DNA from: a virus
IMG/VR virus record: IMGVR_UViG_3300045256_000058
Span: 1-64,000 of that record
Length of the DNA stretch: 64,000 nucleotides
Direction: 5' to 3' (one strand)
In this document: in pieces, positions 9,473 through 15,925 of the stretch
Layout of the letters: each line of letters begins with the position of its first letter
How positions within the stretch are numbered: position 1 is the stretch's first letter
Notes under the pieces: generated by a model
The model's input: the letters and a program-made list of their open reading frames with translations, nothing else
Databases searched by the model: none
What the model was told of the DNA's origin: nothing
Position numbers and translations under genes: made by a program

Positions 9473-10201
9473 ATGGGACTAAGTTTTTATGCACAAGTAG
9501 AAAAGAATCGGAAAGTGTGGAGTCCAATTGAGCCTGTGAAATCTGAAGCCGGAGTACCAGGGAGTGAAGATACACTCTCTAGATGCTTTTCGTTAAAGGC
9601 TTTAGAAATTCCAGTAAAAGATTTTATTCTTGATGGATTAGCACGTTCAGAAAGTCAAATTTTAGGTGAAGAAGGTAAAGCTTCTCTGCTTAGAAATACA
9701 ATTGATGAAGAAAAGCATGATATTGCGCTGTATAACTGTATTAAAGTATTTAGTGCATACAATAAAGATTACGAGCGTCTAGTAGCACCTATTGTAGAAG
9801 CATGGATTAATCATCCAGACCATCCAATTACAAAAGCTGCCACCTTAGAGAATGGGATTTTTTTTGTCGTATTACCAATCTATAGACAGTTTGGTGGTGA
9901 GGCAGCTAGAATGACATCTCTAGACATTTCTGCGGATGAACGTAATCATGTGCAATTGCATCGTTATGCTGCAAAGGAATTAGGTTATAGACCATCTAAG
10001 TCTTTGGATAATCTAAGAAAGGCTACTGTTGATTGGTTGGTTGAAAAGTTTGAAGTTCCAGGCTATAATAAAGAAGTCTTTCTAAAAGCTTCAGATAGCT
10101 TGATGTATAAAGGTATTACTTCTGAGCTTGACTTTACACGTACATCGACTGTTCCCGCATTCTTTGAAAGACGTTCAGATACATTACCTTCATATTCCTA
10201 A
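9473..10201 (+). CDS. nrdB: ribonucleotide reductase class I beta subunit
   Basis: Ferritin-like ligands ALE, DEEKH, LENGIFF, DERNH; C-terminal FFE...Y; follows nrdA. Confidence 0.85.
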   Translation: MGLSFYAQVEKNRKVWSPIEPVKSEAGVPGSEDTLSRCFSLKALEIPVKDFILDGLARSESQILGEEGKASLLRNTIDEEKHDIALYNCIKVFSAYNKDYERLVAPIVEAWINHPDHPITKAATLENGIFFVVLPIYRQFGGEAARMTSLDISADERNHVQLHRYAAKELGYRPSKSLDNLRKATVDWLVEKFEVPGYNKEVFLKASDSLMYKGITSELDFTRTSTVPAFFERRSDTLPSYS

Positions 10202-10203
10202 TT

Positions 10204-10248
10204 ATGAATTTCTATGATGACGGCGAACCGAGAGGTAGCGGACGTTAA
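10204..10248 (+). CDS. PatS-like RGSGR peptide, 14 aa (MNFYDDGEPRGSGR)
   Basis: ATG 2 nt after the nrdB stop (same TAATTATG junction as at 4029 and 6771); ends in RGSGR-stop; resembles Anabaena PatS (...[11 protein letters not shown]); followed by a hairpin. Confidence 0.7.
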   Translation: MNFYDDGEPRGSGR

Positions 10249-10260
10249 TATACTACTGAT

Positions 10261-10296
10261 TACCCCTTGACAAACTCAGGGGGTACTTAGTAGAAT
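10261..10296 (+). promoter_or_regulatory. sigma70-type promoter (TTGACA-18-TAGAAT) embedded in a hairpin
   Basis: TTGACA at 10267-10272, TAGAAT at 10291-10296; inverted repeat TACCCCTTGA/TCAGGGGGTA at 10261-10285. Confidence 0.7.
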
Positions 10297-10327
10297 AGAA
10301 ATAGTTAAGTAGTAGCTAATATATGAA

Positions 10328-10552
10328 ATGCCATATCCTAAGACTAAAAAATGGAAAAAGGTTTATTTCGTAATACAGACTTATCCATTTTTCCAAACTT
10401 GCGGGTTCACATTTTCCCGTAAATATGCTGACAGTATTGCCAGTCAAATCGGACACCTGACTGGGACAAAGGGAAGAGTGGTTGATTTTACAAGAGAAAA
10501 TCTAAAAAAGTTAGATTTCCTTGAAAACCACCCCTTTATAGTAAAGAATTAA
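10328..10552 (+). CDS. hypothetical protein
   Basis: ORF downstream of the promoter and adjacent to thyX. Confidence 0.55.
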   Translation: MPYPKTKKWKKVYFVIQTYPFFQTCGFTFSRKYADSIASQIGHLTGTKGRVVDFTRENLKKLDFLENHPFIVKN

Positions 10553-10555
10553 TTT

Positions 10556-11449
10556 ATGTTTGTACAAATTGTTGCAGATTCGTATAACGAGGATACTCAA
10601 ACTCGTTTTACTTCTTTTATTGTTCGTTTCCCTAAAGTTCTACTTGCAGAATTAAATACTCACAGACAGTTAGTAAGAAATGCTCCTTCTAGTCGAGCTA
10701 TTACAATTACTCGAATGATTCGAAAGGTAGAAACTAATCCTTTTATTCCTACCTTTACTCTAACGCAAAAGGGTATGTCTGGCAATGAAAATATCGAACC
10801 AGACCAAGTAGAAGAAGCAACTAAATTATGGTTAGCTGCGAGAGATTCAGCAGTTAGCTATGTAGGAATGCTTGAACAACAAGGTATTCATAAACAAAAC
10901 TCCAATCGTCTACTAGATACATTTGCATATGTAGACCTTATTCTAAGTGGTACGGATTGGGATAACTTTTTCACACTTCGTACTGCACCTGAAGCTCAAC
11001 CAGAGTTTCGAGCAATTGCTATTGAAATGAAGAGGTTATATGACCAACGTAATTACAAAACTTTATCTCCTGGTGACTGGCATATCCCATTCGGGGATAA
11101 AATTCCTGATGATGTGCCGTTAGAAACAAAGATTCAAATTGCGGTAGCTAGATGTGCGCGTATCTCTTATGAGACTTATGACGGACAATTTTCTATTGAT
11201 GCAGATGTTGAATTATTTCATCGTCTAAAGGGTAGTGGACATCTATCACCATTCGAGCATGTAGCTAAAGCAATTCCTTCCGCAGACTTGGGTATTTTCT
11301 CATACACTTATGGCTATGCAATTCAATTACCAGAAGGTTTACGAGATAAATTATACCTGCTAGATGACGATAGTAAGGTATTGTGGACAAGACAGTATTC
11401 CGGTTTTTATACTTATCGACACCACTTAGAAGATGGTGTTTCTTTATAA
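10556..11449 (+). CDS. thyX: flavin-dependent thymidylate synthase
   Basis: AELNTHR..RN..SSR, FF.LR...AQPE, ARCARISY, H.SPFEH. Confidence 0.9.
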   Translation: MFVQIVADSYNEDTQTRFTSFIVRFPKVLLAELNTHRQLVRNAPSSRAITITRMIRKVETNPFIPTFTLTQKGMSGNENIEPDQVEEATKLWLAARDSAVSYVGMLEQQGIHKQNSNRLLDTFAYVDLILSGTDWDNFFTLRTAPEAQPEFRAIAIEMKRLYDQRNYKTLSPGDWHIPFGDKIPDDVPLETKIQIAVARCARISYETYDGQFSIDADVELFHRLKGSGHLSPFEHVAKAIPSADLGIFSYTYGYAIQLPEGLRDKLYLLDDDSKVLWTRQYSGFYTYRHHLEDGVSL

Positions 11450-11464
11450 CTAAGGGTAATCAAT

Positions 11465-11818
11465 ATGAGAAATTACGACCCTGAAAAGATTGAGTTCTAT
11501 ACAGATGGATTAGCCCAACACATTGCTAACACAAAAGCTGTATTAGACTTATTGAACAATCAACCTCGAACTAGAGATACAGATATTCTTCGAGATAGTT
11601 TACTCAAAACCACAGTAGATTTAACAAGTAAGGTAGGTAATACTTTACTCGAATCTATGCTGGATTATTATGATGTTGAACTTCCATATCCTAGACCTGA
11701 TTTAGTTACACATACATTTAATGTTCCTGAATTAGATGATGCGTATGACGTGGCGGATGATTTCGAAGACGATGAAGAATTCTTTGATGAGGAAGATGAT
11801 GATTATGAAACAGCCTAG
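11465..11818 (+). CDS. hypothetical protein with acidic tail
   Basis: ORF in operon; D/E-rich C-terminus. Confidence 0.6.
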   Translation: MRNYDPEKIEFYTDGLAQHIANTKAVLDLLNNQPRTRDTDILRDSLLKTTVDLTSKVGNTLLESMLDYYDVELPYPRPDLVTHTFNVPELDDAYDVADDFEDDEEFFDEEDDDYETA

Positions 11819-11823
11819 TAGAA

Positions 11824-12399
11824 ATGAAGAATATAGTTACGAAATTCGAAAACATGGTCAGACGACTTAATTATAATCAGATTAAGTTAGTCGGCATTAA
11901 CGCAGAACACGTCAAACAGTGGTCTTGTGAAAAAATGCCCCTTGTAATAGAACAATTAGAACCCCTTGGATGGGACTTGAGTAAAGACACAACTTGGACA
12001 GAAACAGTTTTTGTCAGTACAGTATTAGATTGGTACGGTAATAGAATAGCTCTTTTTCTAACACCGTCATATACGGATTTTGATTTAGCTAAGTCAGTAA
12101 TTAAGACTAAATGTTTTGCTGATTTTAGAAAAGAATTTAAGATTGATGTTCATGCTACCGTACTGATTAATCCTGTAATATTTTTGATTCCTGAAGACTT
12201 AGATAGTCTATACGTTAATTTTGATTTTAATAAAGGCTATAGTGCCATAGACTTTTCACACTTTGATGACGAGGATGAACTAGAAGAAAGTTATGTTGAA
12301 GAGTGGGGATGGTTACAAGCCGAAGATAGTGATGCTATCGAATGGTCAGGCTATCAAATTAAACAGATATTTACTAATACATATACGGAGTCAAAATGA
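11824..12399 (+). CDS. hypothetical protein
   Basis: ORF in operon. Confidence 0.6.
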   Translation: MKNIVTKFENMVRRLNYNQIKLVGINAEHVKQWSCEKMPLVIEQLEPLGWDLSKDTTWTETVFVSTVLDWYGNRIALFLTPSYTDFDLAKSVIKTKCFADFRKEFKIDVHATVLINPVIFLIPEDLDSLYVNFDFNKGYSAIDFSHFDDEDELEESYVEEWGWLQAEDSDAIEWSGYQIKQIFTNTYTESK

Positions 12400-12812
12400 A
12401 ATTGACAAATAAATATTACACCAAGAAAACTGCTACTGAAGAACCAGTAAAAAGAAGAGGCTTTAGAAAAAGTACTAAGGCAAAAGAATTACCTCCCGAA
12501 CCAGAAATTACTGACATTGTACCAGCTACACCAAGTATTGAACATTACCCTGATTCAGTACTCGTAACAGTAAAGCGGGAAATTGCAGATATTAATAGAA
12601 AATTAGACCTTATCGAAGACCTTAAAGCTATCGAAAAACCACTACAAAAGCGGCTTAGAGTATTAGAGAAGTGTCTTGATAGCCTTAATGTTTTAGAACC
12701 TATTGCAATGATTACAGTTGATACCGATTATATTGAAGAATCAATAGGTGAAACAATTGAAGCTATTAGAGTTGTAGATTCTCCAGTAGCGAATTTATCA
12801 GATTTTGAGTAA
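12396..12812 (+). CDS. hypothetical coiled-coil protein
   Basis: ATGA overlap; GGAG RBS. Confidence 0.6.
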   Translation: MKLTNKYYTKKTATEEPVKRRGFRKSTKAKELPPEPEITDIVPATPSIEHYPDSVLVTVKREIADINRKLDLIEDLKAIEKPLQKRLRVLEKCLDSLNVLEPIAMITVDTDYIEESIGETIEAIRVVDSPVANLSDFE

Positions 12813-12818
12813 ACATTA

Positions 12819-12857
12819 TACCGAGGTATTGTGTTTTACTTACCTCGGTGCTATACT
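12819..12857 (+). promoter_or_regulatory. promoter (TTGTGT-17-TATACT, extended TG) within an inverted repeat; likely drives the tRNA/lysis cluster
   Basis: ACCGAGGTA/TACCTCGGT inverted repeat; TGcTATACT at 12849-12857. Confidence 0.6.
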
Positions 12858-12863
12858 ATACAT

Positions 12864-12939
12864 AGCAGGGATAGAGCTACGGTGCGCTCGCCGTCCCCAT
12901 AAGTCGGAGCTTAGGAAGGTTCAACTCCTCCCCCTGCCA
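12864..12939 (+). tRNA. tRNA-Met(CAT), initiator-like, atypical
   Basis: Cloverleaf GCAGGG/CCCTGC, D stem GAGC/GCTC (A11:U24), 1:72 mismatch, anticodon loop CCCATAA, T loop TTCAACT. Confidence 0.75.
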
Positions 12940-12959
12940 TTACCTTATATTTTCTAACT

Positions 12960-13493
12960 ATGATTACACTTAACGTTCCTTATGCAAGTCAACTAGATAA
13001 TAAATATAATCCTTATGGAACTTGTAACATTACGTCTGTTGCAATGTGTTTACGTTATTTTGGGATTGTTGGAGACGGGTCTGAATCTCAATTAGAAGAC
13101 CAACTATATGACAAGTGTGACCAATTAGGTTTAGATAGACATGACCCTTACGAACTAAAGAAACTTATCGAAACTTTCTATGGTAAACGAGTTCAAGATG
13201 ATTTCAAACCAAATGGAACTTTAGAAGATATTAAAGTTGCTCTAAATAAAGACCAACCATGTATTGTTCACGGTTATTTTACACGTTCAGGTCATGTAAT
13301 CGTAATTAAAGGTTATGACGAAAAAGGATTCATTGTAAATGACCCTTACGGAGAGTATTATGCGACTGGATATGATACGTCTGTCTCAGGAGAAGGTTTG
13401 CATTACTCTTACGATTTGATTGCTGGTGTATGTTCTCCAGAATCTAAATATAATCCAACTGATATTTGGTTACATAGAATTCGTAAAGTATAA
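12960..13493 (+). CDS. peptidase C39-like protein, putative endolysin
   Basis: VPY.SQ.DN, catalytic GTCNITSVAM, GHVIVIKGYD, VNDPYG. Confidence 0.8.
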   Translation: MITLNVPYASQLDNKYNPYGTCNITSVAMCLRYFGIVGDGSESQLEDQLYDKCDQLGLDRHDPYELKKLIETFYGKRVQDDFKPNGTLEDIKVALNKDQPCIVHGYFTRSGHVIVIKGYDEKGFIVNDPYGEYYATGYDTSVSGEGLHYSYDLIAGVCSPESKYNPTDIWLHRIRKV

Positions 13494-13499
13494 ATTCTT

Positions 13500-13580
13500 G
13501 GCAGTATGGTGGAATTGGGTATACACGTCTGACTTAAAATCAGATGCTTCGGCTTGTGGGTTCGAATCCCTCTACTGTCA
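13500..13580 (+). tRNA. tRNA-Leu(TAA)
   Basis: GGCAGTA/TACTGTC, TCTGA-CTTAAAA-TCAGA, variable arm, GGGTTCGAATCCC. Confidence 0.95.
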
Positions 13581-13605
13581 TCTCAATTAACTAAAGGAAA
13601 AACTT

Positions 13606-13770
13606 ATGCCTACATTTACTTGGTCACTAATTGATATTGCTATTGCAGTACTTACCGTGCTTCTTATTGGAAGTGCGCTTGGAGTAAATATTGTAACCGG
13701 ATTAAGTATTCCAATCTTACTGTTGGCTCTTGTAGTTTTAGTAATTATTAGAGGATTACCTAGAGCATAG
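13606..13770 (+). CDS. small two-TM membrane protein, putative holin (54 aa; absent from the ORF track)
   Basis: MPTFTWSLIDIAIAVLTVLLIGSALGVNIVTGLSIPILLLALVVLVIIRGLPRA; AAGGA RBS; next to the peptidase. Confidence 0.6.
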   Translation: MPTFTWSLIDIAIAVLTVLLIGSALGVNIVTGLSIPILLLALVVLVIIRGLPRA

Positions 13771-13776
13771 TTACGT

Positions 13777-13848
13777 GCCTCTTAAGCATATGTAGTGATG
13801 TTCCTGTCTTGTAAACAGGGGAACTGGACGCAACTTCCAGAAGAGGCT
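13777..13848 (+). tRNA. tRNA-Thr(TGT), atypical T loop
   Basis: GCCTCTT/AAGAGGC, CCTGT-CTTGTAA-ACAGG, CTGGA-CGCAACT-TCCAG. Confidence 0.85.
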
Positions 13849-13852
13849 TTTT

Positions 13853-13925
13853 GGGACATTCGTATAGTGGCTATTATGGCGGACTCTTAATCCGTTCGAC
13901 GGGAGTTCAAATCTTCCATGTCCCA
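13853..13925 (+). tRNA. tRNA-Lys(CTT)
   Basis: GGGACAT/ATGTCCC, GCGGA-CTCTTAA-TCCGT, TTCAAAT loop. Confidence 0.9.
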
Positions 13926-13941
13926 TTATTGGAGGTGGATA

Positions 13942-14505
13942 ATGTTTGGTAATTTACTAAAAGACTTACTGGAAGCACAGTATGGTGATTTAGAAGAAGG
14001 TATGATTCATTTATCTCTTGTTACTGAATGGGATAAAGAAGAGGTAGAAAATGTACTTAACAATAATCTCGTTCCTACTAAAAAAGTCTGTCAATTAATT
14101 GAAGATATTCTTCCAGATATGGATAGAGAAGAGACAAATCTTTTCTATGCTACGAGACAATTAACTGAACGACAAATAAAAGGCATGGCTATAAATCGAA
14201 GATTAGTTAAATCGGAGAATAATGTGGCAGCAGACCCAGGCTTTGATTATGATTATAAACCTAGTCGTAAAAATCTTCCAGAAGACCTAAATTACGTACT
14301 TACACATAGACTGAGTAACGATGAAGGGTGGGTAAGGGAGTTTAGTAAACTTTATGGTCATGATTACGATGATATAAAGTATATGTTTCGACATCTTTCA
14401 AACGAGGATGTAAATCATTTATATAGAACAGGTTTATTGACGACAGATGAAGCCAGAGAAATCATTTTCTATGAAGATTTGAATAGAGTTACAGGAAAAT
14501 TCTGA
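13942..14505 (+). CDS. hypothetical protein whose N-terminus is paralogous to the scaffold (58354-59172)
   Basis: GGAGGT RBS before ATG at 13942; FGNLLKDLLEAQYGD vs FGELLLDLIEAQYGD. Confidence 0.7.
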   Translation: MFGNLLKDLLEAQYGDLEEGMIHLSLVTEWDKEEVENVLNNNLVPTKKVCQLIEDILPDMDREETNLFYATRQLTERQIKGMAINRRLVKSENNVAADPGFDYDYKPSRKNLPEDLNYVLTHRLSNDEGWVREFSKLYGHDYDDIKYMFRHLSNEDVNHLYRTGLLTTDEAREIIFYEDLNRVTGKF

Positions 14506-14726
14506 TGAATACACAAGATGCTTTTGCAGTATTAATGGACAATATTCAAAAAGATGACTCATATGCTATCGCATGGCAATGTAATTTAGCAATGCCATTT
14601 TATGATGCAGGCGGAGATATAAAAACAGCAAACAAAGGAGCAGATGCTATTATGAAACTATTTTTTAATGTAGATATGAAGGAAGTACGAAAACGTTTAG
14701 GTGACAAGAGTGATTTGTATACTTAA
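14505..14726 (+). CDS. hypothetical protein
   Basis: TGATG coupling with the upstream gene. Confidence 0.6.
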   Translation: MNTQDAFAVLMDNIQKDDSYAIAWQCNLAMPFYDAGGDIKTANKGADAIMKLFFNVDMKEVRKRLGDKSDLYT

Positions 14727-14730
14727 ACAA

Positions 14731-14802
14731 GGGCTATTGGCGTAATGGTAGCGTAGTGGACTTTTAATCCATCAGGTCAGAGTTCGACCCTCTGGTAGCC
14801 CA
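14731..14802 (+). tRNA. tRNA-Lys(TTT)
   Basis: GGGCTAT/GTAGCCC, GTGGA-CTTTTAA-TCCAT, CAGAG-TTCGACC-CTCTG. Confidence 0.95.
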
Positions 14803-14839
14803 TAGTATAATGTTTCTATCAGAGCATTTTGAAACATTT

Positions 14840-15475
14840 ATGACATACTCCTACATGGTGGATATAGCCACATTCGGAAACCCACAAAATCGGCAATTAA
14901 AAAAAGCGTGGGAAGAGTTCCAAGGTATTAAAAGTTCAATAAATAGAGTCCCAAGATTGGGTATTCCAGATGATTCTACGCAATATTTGAATCCATCTCA
15001 TATAGTTAGACAGATTAATGATACGAATGAACGTAATCAACTGTTAAAAACTGTCGGTGATGATGTAATTCGAAGAACAGGAAGAGAAACTGGTGTTGAC
15101 CGTAACGTAATGGATGCAATAAATAAAAGCGATAATATGTTTAACTCTGTAGTAAACAAATATCGAGGTAGTGATACTAATCTATTGAATCAAACTGGAA
15201 GAGATATTTACGAAACACCTAGATATGATATAGATAGCAGACAATACGTAGCTTTTCCGCACGGAGGTATGGGAGAAGAACCTATACCGAGCAATCTATT
15301 AAATACTCGCAGATTAAATGCTCATATTAATATTGCTTCTGACCCTGGACATCCCTATAACATGCTGACTCGTCACAGATTATATGACCAATTGACCGAT
15401 ATTAGAACTACTAAAAGACAAACAAGAACTCCAGTAATAGACGATTTACTATCTAGTAATGATGGAGCGATTTAG
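14840..15475 (+). CDS. putative internal virion protein with YSYM..ATF leader
   Basis: MTYSYMVDIATF; TATAAT upstream overlapping the track start at 14810. Confidence 0.6.
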   Translation: MTYSYMVDIATFGNPQNRQLKKAWEEFQGIKSSINRVPRLGIPDDSTQYLNPSHIVRQINDTNERNQLLKTVGDDVIRRTGRETGVDRNVMDAINKSDNMFNSVVNKYRGSDTNLLNQTGRDIYETPRYDIDSRQYVAFPHGGMGEEPIPSNLLNTRRLNAHINIASDPGHPYNMLTRHRLYDQLTDIRTTKRQTRTPVIDDLLSSNDGAI

Positions 15476-15923
15476 TCATATAGCTAAAGTTTCTAGCTTC
15501 TGCTCCAGCTTTTTTAGCAGCTTTTGCATTACTTACAAATTGTTTACCTTGCTTAAATCCTTGTCTTTTTGCTCGATTTGTAGCACCCACTTGACCCGGA
15601 CTTAATTGCTTCCATGCAGCAGCAGGTAAATACCGATTTACTGTAATTACATTACCATCAATATCTCTTTGAATTGCAGGGCTACCATCATAAGTAGTCC
15701 AATCTTCTGCTAACCATTTTTTGAGAGAGTTATTTTCAGGTGAAGGCATATCGTCAAGATACTCTCCACCTCTTTCTTTGTATAGTTGAACTGCACGCGA
15801 TGCTTTTCTAGCATTCCATTGACCAGGAATACCATATTTATCACCAGATTTTGTTTCTTCAACTACTTCATCCCAAATTACAGGCTGTTTTCTTTTTGCG
15901 GTTTTACTAAAATATGAGTACAT
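15453..15923 (-). CDS. basic protein resembling the DUF5872 family, putative internal protein
   Basis: GQW.ARKA....YK..GG.Y, LKKW..EDW, RYLP..AW motifs (family recalled, not searched). Confidence 0.6.
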   Translation of the reverse strand: MYSYFSKTAKRKQPVIWDEVVEETKSGDKYGIPGQWNARKASRAVQLYKERGGEYLDDMPSPENNSLKKWLAEDWTTYDGSPAIQRDIDGNVITVNRYLPAAAWKQLSPGQVGATNRAKRQGFKQGKQFVSNAKAAKKAGAEARNFSYMTKSLHHY

Positions 15924-15925
15924 AA

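Noticed and set aside
12826-12839. NtcA-like box GTA-N8-TAC over the tRNA promoter -35
   Set aside because: A 6-bp consensus is expected many times by chance in 64 kb, and the spacing is not the activating one.
13918-13941. ORF-track start at 13918
   Set aside because: It overlaps tRNA-Lys; a strong GGAGGT RBS supports ATG at 13942.
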